Source: Alphaproteobacteria bacterium (GTDB taxonomy: Bacteria > Pseudomonadota > Alphaproteobacteria > Bin95). From it: 64,000 nucleotides of DNA. Under the pieces are notes generated by a model, which was not told the origin of the DNA, searched no databases, and saw only the letters and a program-made list of their open reading frames with translations. Positions 37,196 through 47,208 of the stretch are shown here, in pieces; position 1 is the stretch's first letter; every line of letters starts with the position of its first letter. The stretch is taken from positions 3,232,001-3,296,000 of the forward strand of contig CBDBGH010000003.1 of the NCBI GenBank assembly GCA_965205265.1. The letters run 5' to 3'. The position numbers and the translations under genes are program-made.

Positions 37196-38194
37196 TCACA
37201 TCGAACAGCAATTGCGTTTCCTCCACAGCAGGTAGCCGAAGCTCTCGCCCGAGACGGGCAGCTCGCGGAGCGACTCCCACAACACCGAGGAGCGCCCGGT
37301 CGGGTTGCAGCCCGTCATCGGCGTCGTTGCCGGCACCGGCTGGGTCATCTGCCAGCGGTACTGCGACTTCTTCATCACCGGCATCGGATAGCGCCCGCAG
37401 AGCGCGGCCGATCCGGATGTTCCCCAGGCGATCCCCGTGCGGTGCAGCCGGTAGACCAGCCGCTGGGCTGCCAGCAGCGAGGCCTGCACGCCGCCGACAT
37501 GGGCCGCGACATTGCCGGTCAGCGGATACATCCCGCCCTGGCAACCGGCGCACCAGAACAGCGCATCGAGCGGCAGGGCCGCGGTCGCGGCCGCGCAGTC
37601 GGCTGCGCAGGCGGCCTGGGCCGGCAGGCCGGCGAACAGCGCCGCCTCGGGGTTCAAGAGGAACGACAACTCGTCGTCGAGCCAGGCCGGGTCGAGTTCG
37701 GAGACCCAGGCGATGTCAAGCGACCCGCCCTCCAGGCAGCCCAGATCGAGCAGGGCGCCGATCCACGACAGCAGCGGATATGTGTACCAGTGCGCGTGCC
37801 AGACCGAGCCGGCCGCGCCGTCGCCGCCCGAGGAGCCGGTGCGGCCCCTTGCGGCCGGCAGGCCCGGATCGATGGCGAGGCCGCCGAGATTGGGGAAGCA
37901 CCACGGCGTGCGGGTCACGTCCACCAGCCTTGCCGGCTCCCAGACGCCGAGCGCGAGGCCGATGCGGGGGATGGGCGAGCCGCAGACGCAGACCGGCGAG
38001 GACGGGTTGGGCGTGTCCGGCGCGCCCGAGGCGCTGCCGACGGTGACCGGCCCGATCGAGATCGGGAACAGGCATTCCCAGCAGACATCCGCGACCGGGT
38101 TCACGAACCGCCCCGTGCAGGTCTGCGCCGGGGCCGGCGCGGCCCACAGCATCGCCACGACAAGGGCTGCCACGGGAAGGACGCGCCGGGTCAT
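37196..38194 (-). CDS. traU: F-type TraU
   Basis: CTGRFVNPVADVCWECLFPISIG, FWCAGCQGGMYP, GYLLWRKRNCC. Confidence 0.95.
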   Translation of the reverse strand: MTRRVLPVAALVVAMLWAAPAPAQTCTGRFVNPVADVCWECLFPISIGPVTVGSASGAPDTPNPSSPVCVCGSPIPRIGLALGVWEPARLVDVTRTPWCFPNLGGLAIDPGLPAARGRTGSSGGDGAAGSVWHAHWYTYPLLSWIGALLDLGCLEGGSLDIAWVSELDPAWLDDELSFLLNPEAALFAGLPAQAACAADCAAATAALPLDALFWCAGCQGGMYPLTGNVAAHVGGVQASLLAAQRLVYRLHRTGIAWGTSGSAALCGRYPMPVMKKSQYRWQMTQPVPATTPMTGCNPTGRSSVLWESLRELPVSGESFGYLLWRKRNCCSM

Positions 38195-38568
38195 GCCCCG
38201 GATCCCCCATCGCCGTCTTCCGGCCGCCGCTTCGCCAGCACGCTCACCATTCCCTGCGGCCCGGCGGCGACGATCTCGTTGACGCTGCGTTCCACGCCGT
38301 CGGAGCCGGTGTATCTCCGGGTCGCGAGCCGGCCTTCGACCAGCACGGCATCGCCCTTCTTCAGCATCCGTTCGACGATGCCCACGGCCGGGCCGTAGAC
38401 CGTGATGCGGTGCCATTCGGTCGACTCGACGGTCTCCCCGTTCCGGTCCTTCCACCGTTCCGTCGTGGCGAGGCTGAAGGACGCCGCCTTGTTGCCGTTG
38501 GCGAGAGAGCGGATCTCGGGGGCGCGTCCGGCATGGCCGAGCAGGGTCGCGCGGTTCACGGTCAGCAT
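38191..38568 (-). CDS. ssb: Single-stranded DNA-binding protein lacking the acidic C-terminal tail
   Basis: VNRATLLGH, FSLATTERWKD, TEWHRI, VEGRLATRRY. Confidence 0.9.
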   Translation of the reverse strand: MLTVNRATLLGHAGRAPEIRSLANGNKAASFSLATTERWKDRNGETVESTEWHRITVYGPAVGIVERMLKKGDAVLVEGRLATRRYTGSDGVERSVNEIVAAGPQGMVSVLAKRRPEDGDGGSGA

Positions 38569-39278
38569 GGCTTGCGTCTCCTGTTGTCCGGTCGATGAGT
38601 TGTCGGGACCGCCTGGCAGTCCGCCGCAGGCCGGTCGTCGATCGGGATTTCCGTGAGGCGCAGGAGCCGGCCTTCCTGCGCGACCAGCGTGGGCGTGGCG
38701 CGGATCGCGAAGCGCTCGGCGAGCCGCCCGCCCGCATCGAAGAAGAAGGGCCGGCCGTGGCGGCGCATGAGATCGAGCGGCCGCCCGGCGAGCAGCACGA
38801 TCTTCGCGGGACGATGATGGGCCAGCGCCCAGGCAATCTCGGCTTCGCGCCGGCCGTCGACGAACAGCAGGGCGCGCGTCAGCGGCAGACGCTCCAGCGG
38901 GTCGAGCCTGGTCCCGGCGGCGGCGATCAGCGCGCCGTCCGGGCCGCGGATGTCCTGCGCCACCGTCACAGCGGGATCGAACAGGCGGCTCTTGCGTTCC
39001 CGCGCCGGCGCGATGCCCGGCACGGGGTCCGGCGCTTCCAGCGTTCGCCGCGCCCGCTCGCGAGCTTCCTCTTCCAGCCGCACCAGTGCGCCCGAACGCT
39101 GCATCTCCGCGAGCCGCGCCTCGATCGCCGCCAGCAGGTCCGGCTCGGCCACCGGCCAGGTCGCGCCGCGCATGCCCAGGTCCTTCGCCGAAGCCCCGGA
39201 CACGATCCCGGCCACCGGCGCGGCCAGCATCAGCGCGACGCAAAGGGCCGTGAGGGAAGGCGGGATCAGGCGCCTCAT
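38562..39278 (-). CDS. traW: F-type TraW
   Basis: KDLGMRGATWPVAEPDLL, FDPAVTV, FFFDAGG.L..RF.I..TP. Confidence 0.92.
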   Translation of the reverse strand: MRRLIPPSLTALCVALMLAAPVAGIVSGASAKDLGMRGATWPVAEPDLLAAIEARLAEMQRSGALVRLEEEARERARRTLEAPDPVPGIAPARERKSRLFDPAVTVAQDIRGPDGALIAAAGTRLDPLERLPLTRALLFVDGRREAEIAWALAHHRPAKIVLLAGRPLDLMRRHGRPFFFDAGGRLAERFAIRATPTLVAQEGRLLRLTEIPIDDRPAADCQAVPTTHRPDNRRRKPC

Positions 39279-39850
39279 CGCCGCGCCTCCGTCGCCGCAT
39301 CCTCCGGCCCGGCCAGCGGTCCTTCGAGTCCGAGCCGCGGAATATCCGGCAGGGCGATGGCGCGTCCGAGGATGCGTTCGCGCGGCACAAGCCCGATCTC
39401 CCCGTAGCGGCTGTCGTGGCTGTCGATGTGATCGCCGTGCAGGTAGTAATGCCCCGCCGGGATGATTCCGGACGCAATCGCTTCGAGCGGCCGCCCGTCG
39501 AGCGCATGGCTCTTGGCCCGGCCCGTGGCGACGCCGTCCACTCGCACCGTGCGGTCGGCATCGACCGCGACCGCCATGCCCGGCGTGCCGCGCACGGTCT
39601 TGAGATACGGGACCGGAGAGCCCGCCACCTCCGGCGGCTCGAACAGCACCCGGTCGCCGACCTCCGGGGCTGCGCCGAACAGCGGGACGGCGGCATAGCC
39701 CCAGGCCCCGTCCGACCAGCTTGCATTGACATGCACCCGCGAGACGGTGGCGAGCCACAGCGCCGCCAGCGCCGCGAGCAGGGCAAGGCCGATCCGGGCG
39801 CGGCGCCTGCCGGCGGACCGTTCCGCCGCTCCTTCGATGCGCGCGCTCAC
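39275..39850 (-). CDS. S26-family conjugative signal peptidase (TrhF/TraF-like pilin processing)
   Basis: N-terminal TM, VNASWS, YLKTVRGTPG, SHDSRY..IG. Confidence 0.85.
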   Translation of the reverse strand: MSARIEGAAERSAGRRRARIGLALLAALAALWLATVSRVHVNASWSDGAWGYAAVPLFGAAPEVGDRVLFEPPEVAGSPVPYLKTVRGTPGMAVAVDADRTVRVDGVATGRAKSHALDGRPLEAIASGIIPAGHYYLHGDHIDSHDSRYGEIGLVPRERILGRAIALPDIPRLGLEGPLAGPEDAATEARR

Positions 39851-40209
39851 CGCCGGCGCTCCCGGACAGCATCCGGCTGCGCCAGCATTTCGGCGAGCAC
39901 AAGACGGACCCGGTCGGTGAGATCGGGCGCTCCGGCCGCCACGGCGCGGGCGGGCACCAGGACGACCCGGCCGCGCTCCGCGACATGAGCGAGCGCCTCC
40001 TCCAGCGCCGCCGCCCAGATGCGCGTCTCTACGGGCGGCAGGTCAGCGCGGGCCGCGTCGCCCGCCCGTTCCGCCACGATTTCCGCCAGCCGCACGGTCG
40101 CGACGCGCGGCCCGCCGCCATCGGCGAGGCGCACCGTCGCGGCAGCGACCGCCGCGGCGACGCCGGCCGACAGCAGGACGGCGGCCACCAGCACGCGAGC
40201 CTCGTTCAC
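39847..40209 (-). CDS. trbI: TrbI-like F-type T4SS protein
   Basis: N-terminal TM, VVLVPARAVAAGAPDLT, position between traC and traW. Confidence 0.72.
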   Translation of the reverse strand: MNEARVLVAAVLLSAGVAAAVAAATVRLADGGGPRVATVRLAEIVAERAGDAARADLPPVETRIWAAALEEALAHVAERGRVVLVPARAVAAGAPDLTDRVRLVLAEMLAQPDAVRERRR

Positions 40210-40523
40210 CGCGCGTCTCCCGCCGCGTCTTGACGCGCGGTCATCCGGACGTATGCGCGGGTGTCGCGGTGCCTGAACCAGGCCGTGCCGTCCTCGTCGT
40301 GGAACATGTAGAGGTAGTGGCCGGCCCAGTTGCCCGCCGACGGTTCGGCCGAGAGCAAGCCCGCCAGGATCGCGGCGCGGAACACCGCCTCGGCGTCGCG
40401 CACGACCCGCAGGGCCGGCGCGCCCCGGCGGCGCCGGTCACGCCGCCAGCGGCCGCGCGTCATCGTTCCGTTCCTTCCCATGCGCCCTTTCCGTTGCTCT
40501 CTCCGTCTGCAGGTTCGCGACAT
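40206..40523 (-). CDS. Hypothetical protein inside tra operon
   Basis: Protein-like core FRAAILAGLLS...AGHYLYM...FRHRDTRAY; overlaps trbI start; start codon uncertain. Confidence 0.55.
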   Translation of the reverse strand: MSRTCRRREQRKGRMGRNGTMTRGRWRRDRRRRGAPALRVVRDAEAVFRAAILAGLLSAEPSAGNWAGHYLYMFHDEDGTAWFRHRDTRAYVRMTARQDAAGDAR

Positions 40524-41199
40524 CGTCCTTCTCCTCGTTGCCTTCGGTCGGGTTGCGGCTTTCCCCGGAAGCGCCTGCGGCGCCGGGCGGCGCGGCGAGC
40601 GCGCGGTAGCGCGCCAGCCAGAGCCGCGCCGCCCGGCCCGGTTCGACCGGGCGGATGCGTCCGGTCAGCGGCGGGAACGCCATGCCGGTGCCTGCGCCGG
40701 GCGCGCCGCCAGCGCAGAACGCAGCGAGATCGCGGCGCTCGGCGGCGGCGGTCATGCGGGCGACGAAGCGCAGCAGTTCCGCCTCGTCGGCCGTGGGCGC
40801 GCCGTCGAGGCCGGCGGCTTCGCGCACGGCCCGGTCGATGGCGGCGCCGGCGCGCCGGGACCGTTCGGCGGCCCGCGCCGAGGCCGGACCGTTGGCTTCG
40901 ATGTCGCCCAGCCAGGCGATGCGGGCGTCGGCGAGGAGCGCGTGGAGCGCCAGCCGCCGCCGCTCCCCGGGTCCGGCGAACGCCTCGACCGCCTCGCTCG
41001 CCACCACGGCGCGCTGCGCAACGGCGTAGAACCGGCGCGTGCGCCCGCCCCAGAGGCAGGTGTTGGCCAGCACATGGGCCAGCGCCTCGAAGTCGATGCC
41101 GGCCGTCGTCACCGTTTCCGGATCGCCCGGCCAGACGAGCGGCCGTTCCGGGTCCGCGGTCCCGGCGCGCCGGTTCCCGCCCTGCGTCTTCATGGCCAT
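40438..41199 (-). CDS. YfbR/YfdR-like HD-domain protein with substituted metal ligands
   Basis: IDFEALAHVLANTCLWGGR..FYAVAQRA...ALHALLADARIAWLGDI versus family YSVAQHS / LLHDAAEAYLGD. Confidence 0.65.
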   Translation of the reverse strand: MAMKTQGGNRRAGTADPERPLVWPGDPETVTTAGIDFEALAHVLANTCLWGGRTRRFYAVAQRAVVASEAVEAFAGPGERRRLALHALLADARIAWLGDIEANGPASARAAERSRRAGAAIDRAVREAAGLDGAPTADEAELLRFVARMTAAAERRDLAAFCAGGAPGAGTGMAFPPLTGRIRPVEPGRAARLWLARYRALAAPPGAAGASGESRNPTEGNEEKDDVANLQTERATERAHGKERNDDARPLAA

Positions 41200-43786
41200 T
41201 CAATCTCTCCCGTTGCTGTCGTTTGCGATGGTCCGGATTGCCCGGTTCCGGCGCCTGCGGTTCCGTCCCCGCCCGCGAGCCGGTCGATGGCCTCGATCGT
41301 CGTCAGCCCCTCGGCCTTGAGCCGCTCGACCGCCGCGAAGGCGGGGCCGCGCGAGGAGAACAGCGCCACCGACCACGGATCGAGCACCAGCCGCGCCACC
41401 CGCCAGCCGTCCGGGCCGTGCAGCACCAGTTCGGCGTATCTGCCGTCGGCCGTGGTCAGGCTCTTGAGCGCCCTCTCCATGCCGGGATCGCAGTGGATGC
41501 GCTTCTCCTGCTTCAGCAGTTCGACCGACTCGTCCTTCTGGGCGAGGAAGATCACCCAGTCCGAGTTCTCCCAGGCGGCCCGTGCGGCCGGATTGGCGTA
41601 GTAGTCGTTGACCGACTGGGTGCCGGTGATGAGAGCGCCGCGATACTTGCGCGCCCGTCTGGCCGCGCCTTCGAGGAACGCCTTCGAGTCCTCGCCGGAG
41701 AGCAGGTCCCAGGCCTCGTCGATGACGATCGCCTTCGCCCGCGTGCGCTCCCCGTGATACATCCTCTGGGTGGCGAGGAAGACCACCAGCATCAGCACGA
41801 CGGCCTGCACGTCGCCCCGTCCCTTGAGTTCGGCGAGTTCGAACACGGTGAGCGCGTTCTCCAGGTCGGGGACGTTGCTTCCCGCGAACAGCCTTCCCAT
41901 CGGCCCGCCCGGGCACCACGGCCCCAATGCCGTCGCCATGTCCTTGGCCCGCCGGTCGTCGCGGGCATGCAGGTTCTCGCGCACCGTGCCGAGATCGACC
42001 TCGTTGCCTCTCTCGTCCCAGGCCGCCGCGATGGCCTCGGCGATCAGCGCCGCCTCGATGTCGTCGATGGAGCCGCGCCGCCGGCACATGCGCCCGATGA
42101 CGCCGGCCAGCATGGCGAAGCACTCCTCGCGGTAGTCGCCGTCATGGGCCGCCGTGCCGGCGTCGATCATGGCGAAGGGGTTGAGGCAGGCCGGGTCCTT
42201 GCCGAAGGCGATGAACGCGCCGTCGAGGGCTTCGGCCGTGTGCTGGAACGAGCGGCCGTCGTCGATCACCACGGCCTCGCCGCCGGCGCCGATCAGGCCG
42301 GTCACCAGTTCCTGCATCAGCACCGACTTGCCGGAACCGGACTTGCCGGTGACGGCGACGTTGTAGTTGCCGGCCTCGTTGGCGAAGGGCGACCAGCCGG
42401 CCGGCTGGCCCCGGCGCCCGACGAGGAACAGGACGGGCGGCGTCTCCGCCGAGGCCGGCCCGGGGGGCGCGCTGCCCTGGCCGCGCCACTCGCCGTGGAT
42501 GGGGGCGAGATCGACCGCCGAGGAGGTCAGGAGGGTCTTCATCCGGCCCATGCGTTCGAGATCGGCGTCGAGGCCGCCCGCCGGGACCATCGGCAGGCAT
42601 GCGAGCCAGGAGGGCAGCTGCATGTAGCGTTCGGCCCCGACACGCCAGCCCTGGCCGTGGTAGATGGCGCGCACCGCCTGCTCGGCCTCGTCGATGGCGT
42701 CGAGCGGGGCGTAGACCGCCACCGTGTAGCAGGCCCGGACCAGCCGCTCGCCGTCCTTGAGGCGCTCGGTGACGAACTGCCAGTCGCGCGCCTTCTCCGG
42801 CAGGCCGGGGAGATAGCGCGCGATGCCGGTGCCGGCCTGCTGGGTGGCGCGCGCGCTCTTCAGGAACGCCCGCTCGCCGGCGGCGGCATCGCCCGTCATC
42901 ACCGTCAGGCAGGTCAGCACCGGGCAGCCGGGCTGGAGGAAGTCGCGGTGGAAGTCGCCGATCAGCGCGTTGCCGCGCCAGCCGGGCCAGACCTCGGGAA
43001 AGGCCAGCGCCACAGCACCCGGACCGCGACGTCCGGGCCGTCGGGATCATGGAACACGAGCCCGGTGGGGTGGACGGTGAGCGCGCGGCCCGGCGCGGCG
43101 CATTGCCGGTGCAGGGGATCGCACGGCGCCCAGCGCCGGTGCGGGCGGGCGAGACCGTCCATGTCCCTGTCCACCGTCGGCGCGGCCAGTTCGGCGGCGA
43201 GCGAGAGCAGCCCGTCCGGGCCGAGCCGCCGAGCCGCCGCCCCGGCCGAGGCCAGCGTGCCTTCGAGCGCCCGGCGGAAGGCCGAAAGCGCCGTCTCGGA
43301 CGCCGGGCCGGGCGGTCCCGCCAGGCAGGCGGTCACGAACACCCGGTAGTCCGACAGCGTGAAGGGCGGGCCGCCCGGATGCAGCGGACGCCAGCCCGCG
43401 CCGTCGAAGAGGCGGCGCCTGCGGCGCGCCATGCCGGCCTGCACCGGACCCGCGTGCCTGCGCGGCGCGGCCCAGCCGTCGAGCGCCGCGCCGAAGCGCG
43501 GGCTCGCCCAGTGGATCGCCTGCACCGTGCAGCGCTCCGGGGCGGCGTCGGCCAGGGTGCCGGCGAGCGCCCCCAGGGTCTCGGCGTCGATGCCGGCGAA
43601 GGGCGGGACCTCCAGCACGAAGCCGACCGAGCCGGCATTGACATGGAGTTCGCCGCGTTCGTCGAAGGCGCGCCACGGCAGCAGGTCGTGGAGCGCCGCC
43701 GGGGTCTCGGGGAGAGACCACGGCTCCAGCCCCGCCGGGCCCTCGAACAGGTCGGCGAGCCGGGCCAGCATCCCGGACCGGCTCAC
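41190..43786 (-). pseudogene. traC: F-type VirB4-like ATPase TraC with apparent 1-bp frameshift near 43011
   Basis: N-part (HDLLPWRAFD, SVGFVLEV) and C-part (NYNVAVTGKSGSGKS, IDEAWDLL, RRARKYRG) in different frames. Confidence 0.88.
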
Positions 43787-44364
43787 GGCAGCCTCCAGCG
43801 CGCCGGCGCGATCACGACCCGCACCCAGGACGCCTCGCGCCAGACGCCGTCGGCATCGACGAAGGGCGCGATCCACACCCGGGCGATCGTCTCCGGCCTG
43901 CGCAGGCTGTCTGCGATCTCGTCGGCGGCCGGAGCGGAAGCCTTCTCTTGCGTTGCCGCCGGGCTGCCGGTGGCCGTGGCGGCGGCTTCCTTCTCCGGAC
44001 CGTCCTCGCCGGCGAACAGGTTCGCGATCCAGGCGAACGGATCGCAGCCCCGGATGCACGCGTCCCCGGTCCCGCCGTCCGGCGCCGTCATGGGCGGCGC
44101 CGGCGGGGCCGGCATCGCGGGTCCGCCGGTCCGCGTCACTGCCGGATCGGCCGCGGCGACGCTGGCGCACTGTGTCCCTTGCGCGAGCGGGCACTGCCAG
44201 TCCTCGCCCACATGGGTGGCGGCGCAGCCTGCGAGCGCCAGCGCCGCGAGAGCCGCCGTGAGCGGTGCCGTCAGCGGTGCCGTCAGCGGCGCCGCCGGCA
44301 TTGCCTGCGGAGCCGCCCGCAGGGTCGGCCGCCGGCCGCGCATCGTGGTCGTGCGTTCAGTCAT
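43783..44364 (-). CDS. traV: F-type lipoprotein TraV
   Basis: Lipobox LAGC, WQCP...C.SV, R.PE.IARVWIAPFVDADG. Confidence 0.9.
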   Translation of the reverse strand: MTERTTTMRGRRPTLRAAPQAMPAAPLTAPLTAPLTAALAALALAGCAATHVGEDWQCPLAQGTQCASVAAADPAVTRTGGPAMPAPPAPPMTAPDGGTGDACIRGCDPFAWIANLFAGEDGPEKEAAATATGSPAATQEKASAPAADEIADSLRRPETIARVWIAPFVDADGVWREASWVRVVIAPARWRLP

Positions 44365-45622
44365 TCTCGTTCCTCCTGCGTGGGGGTTCGGTGTCGGGCC
44401 GGCCGTCGAGCCGCGTGCCCTCGAGAAACACCACGGTGACCGCCGTCCCCGCCTGGAGCTGGATCACCGGCTGGTACTGCTCGGCGCGGCGGATCATGTA
44501 GTCGGCGACCTTGCCGCCCGCCGAGGCCGCGCCGGAGCCCAGCCCCGCGCGGCCGATGTCGCCGAGCCCGGTATTGGCGACCGCCGCACCGCCGCCGGTG
44601 GCAACCGCCTGGGGCGCGAACGCCCCCGAGACCCCCTCGCCGAGACCGGAGACGAGGCCGGCGAGGAACGCCTTCTCCACCAGCGCACCCTCGCGGCTCA
44701 CCACCGGACCGCGCACCCCGACCTTGCCGGAGCCGGCGACGAAGCCCGCCACCGGGGTCTCCACCACCGTGCCGGGCTCCCCGCCGGCGCAGGTCAGCGT
44801 CCTCAAGCGCGCATAGACCTTCTCGGAAGAGAGGTCGCCATGGGCCGCGGCCGTCACGGTGCAGCCGTCGAGGTCGACCGGCAGCGCCGCGCCGCCGCCG
44901 TCGGCCGCCGTCCATCCCGGACCGGTGATCCTCAGCAGCACCGGGCGCGGGTCGCCCTGGCTCGCGACCCCGGCCGAGGCGTCGACGCCGGCGATCACCA
45001 CCGCCTGCGCATGGGCGCCCGCCGGCAGCCACAGCGACAGCGGCTTCGCCGCCTCGGTCCCGGGATCGCCGAACACCGGTGCCTCCAGGTCGAAGCGCCG
45101 GATCAGCGGCGCCTCGGGCGGCGGCGCGGCGGCGTCTCCACCGGACGGAACCGCGCCCGGGTTGGCGGGCGCGAACACGCTGCCCGGAGCCGGGACCTCC
45201 GGCGGCGGATCGTCCGCGCCCCGGGCGCGCTCCGCCTCCCCGAGCGCCGCGGTCAGGGTGTCGATGACGCCCTTCGCCTCGTCGGCCTGGCTCCGCAGGC
45301 GGTCCTGGAGGCGGCGGTTGTCGTCGGCCAGGCGCCGGTTCTCGTCCTGCATCGCCTCGAGGTCCGCCTCGATCCGCCCGATCCGCGTCTCCGAGCGCCG
45401 CGTCCAGCTCTCCTCCGCCGTGCCGGGCCCGGCGAGTTCCGCCGCGATCCGCGGCGCCGGCGCGGGCGCCGTGCCGCCGGAGCCGGCAATCCAGGCGGCG
45501 ACGCCCAGCAGCGCCGCCGCCGCCAGAGCCGAGAACAGCAGGACCTGGCGCTGGCGCACCTGCCGCGCGCCGCCGTCCGGCGCGGCGTTCAGGGACGCCG
45601 CGGTCCTGCCCGGCGCGCTCAT
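44357..45622 (-). CDS. traB: F-type TraB (VirB10-like)
   Basis: WLPAG, GVDA, GDLSSEKVY.R...L.C, GKVGVRGPVV, ADYMIRRAEQYQPVI. Confidence 0.92.
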   Translation of the reverse strand: MSAPGRTAASLNAAPDGGARQVRQRQVLLFSALAAAALLGVAAWIAGSGGTAPAPAPRIAAELAGPGTAEESWTRRSETRIGRIEADLEAMQDENRRLADDNRRLQDRLRSQADEAKGVIDTLTAALGEAERARGADDPPPEVPAPGSVFAPANPGAVPSGGDAAAPPPEAPLIRRFDLEAPVFGDPGTEAAKPLSLWLPAGAHAQAVVIAGVDASAGVASQGDPRPVLLRITGPGWTAADGGGAALPVDLDGCTVTAAAHGDLSSEKVYARLRTLTCAGGEPGTVVETPVAGFVAGSGKVGVRGPVVSREGALVEKAFLAGLVSGLGEGVSGAFAPQAVATGGGAAVANTGLGDIGRAGLGSGAASAGGKVADYMIRRAEQYQPVIQLQAGTAVTVVFLEGTRLDGRPDTEPPRRRNEND

Positions 45623-46347
45623 CGCGACCGTCCTTCGCGCACGGCCACGGCGAGCCGGCCGTGCCCGGATCCGGCCTCCGGCGCCGCAAGCCACACCGCC
45701 GCGATGCCGGGACCGAGGCGCGCGGCCAGCGCCGCCGGGCCGGACGGCGCATCGGGTCCGGGATCCAGCACCAGCGCCGTGAACCGCGGCCCGCGCCAGG
45801 TCTCGATGACCTGCGGCGCTTCATCCGCCGCGGCACCCGCGCCTTCGATCGCGTAGCCGGCGAGCGGCTCCCGGTTCGCCACCGCCTGGATCAGTTCGGC
45901 GATGGCGGCGATGCGGGGCGCGCTCTCCCGGACGGCCGCCGCCGGCGCCGCCGCGATGGCGGCGTTGCGGATCAGGATCTGCGCCGGGCCGCCCTCCGCC
46001 GGCGTCAGCGTCAGCCGGTAGGTGAAGCCTCTCTCGGTGCCGACGAAAAGCGCCACCGGCGAGCCCGGACCGGGAGCGCCCGCGCCGTCGGCCGGCGGCC
46101 GCAGCCACAGGTCGCCCGATCCCGGATCGTGCTCGACCCGGTAGCCGCCCGGCGCCCGGATCACCCGCGCCACCCGGTCGCCCAGCAGCGCGATCCGGCT
46201 CACCCCGGCGGCCGCGACCTCGGCCGCAAGTTCGGCATGGTCGGCGGCATCCAGGATCTGCGTCGCCGACGCCGCCCCCGCCTGCCACAGCAGGAGCGCC
46301 GCGGCCAGCATGCCCGCGCAGCCTGCCTTTGGTCGTGTCGTTCTCAC
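45619..46347 (-). CDS. traK: F-type TraK (secretin-like)
   Basis: Signal peptide, SRIAL.GDRV, GDLWL, FVGTERGFTY.L.L.P; position between traE and traB. Confidence 0.82.
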   Translation of the reverse strand: MRTTRPKAGCAGMLAAALLLWQAGAASATQILDAADHAELAAEVAAAGVSRIALLGDRVARVIRAPGGYRVEHDPGSGDLWLRPPADGAGAPGPGSPVALFVGTERGFTYRLTLTPAEGGPAQILIRNAAIAAAPAAAVRESAPRIAAIAELIQAVANREPLAGYAIEGAGAAADEAPQVIETWRGPRFTALVLDPGPDAPSGPAALAARLGPGIAAVWLAAPEAGSGHGRLAVAVREGRSR

Positions 46348-46901
46348 CGTTCGTCCTCCATCTCCTCGAATCTCAGCAGTCCCAGGCGGCCGCCCTCGAC
46401 GCGGAAGGCGAGCCGGTAGGCCTTGCGTTCGCGCGAGACTTCCTCGCGCCCGATCCAGGCCGCGAGACGGCCCCGCACCTCGACGGTGAGCGTCTCCGGA
46501 TCGGCGGCGATGCTCTCCGGATAGAAGGCCGTGGCGAGGTCGCGCCGCGCCATGCGCTCGGCCTCCGCCGCCACCCAGGCGCCGATCGCGCCCCGCGCCT
46601 CCGGCGCGCTCATCCGCGCCGCCGCCTCGCGCACATGGCCGGCGTTCTCCGGCGTCAATGTCAGCAGGGTCACCGCGGCGGTGCGCGCCGCGTCCTCCAG
46701 ATAGCGCCGGCCCGCCCATGTGCTGCCGACCTCCCACACCGGGCCGGAGACCGCCGGCACCAGCACCGTGGTCGCGTCCCGCCCGGCCATGCCGACCGAG
46801 AGCGCCAGGTTGGCCACCAGCGAGAGGGCGAGCAGGCCCGCAAGGGCAAACCGCGAATCCCGCGCCCTGCGCGCCTCCGCGTCCCTGACATCCCGGCGCA
46901 T
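46344..46901 (-). CDS. traE: F-type TraE
   Basis: TM then TVLVP, YLE..A......LTLTPEN, FYP, V.G.L..WIG. Confidence 0.88.
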   Translation of the reverse strand: MRRDVRDAEARRARDSRFALAGLLALSLVANLALSVGMAGRDATTVLVPAVSGPVWEVGSTWAGRRYLEDAARTAAVTLLTLTPENAGHVREAAARMSAPEARGAIGAWVAAEAERMARRDLATAFYPESIAADPETLTVEVRGRLAAWIGREEVSRERKAYRLAFRVEGGRLGLLRFEEMEDER

Positions 46902-46904
46902 CGC

Positions 46905-47198
46905 TCAGCCCACCCGGCGCCGGACATGGCTCGGCGGCGCCGCCTTCAGGCGCAGCGCGAAGTCCGGCAGGAACCAGTAGAAGGCGCCCTGCACGACATT
47001 GGCCCCGCCGCCCCGCTTGACGCGGCGCAGCAGCCACCAGCCGGCGGCCCCGGCAACAAGGCCGGTCACGAAGGCGTTGGCGGCAAGGCCGAGCAGGGCC
47101 GGGCCGATCAGCGCCGCCGCCTCGTCCACGGTCCAGAACAGCCAGCGTTCCGGATCGTCGAGCCGGCGCGGGATCGCATGGCGCGCGGCGCCATTCAT
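46905..47198 (-). CDS. traL: F-type TraL
   Basis: IPRRLDDPERWLFWTVDE, YWFLP, PPSHVR. Confidence 0.92.
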   Translation of the reverse strand: MNGAARHAIPRRLDDPERWLFWTVDEAAALIGPALLGLAANAFVTGLVAGAAGWWLLRRVKRGGGANVVQGAFYWFLPDFALRLKAAPPSHVRRRVG

Positions 47199-47208
47199 CG
47201 CCCCGCCC

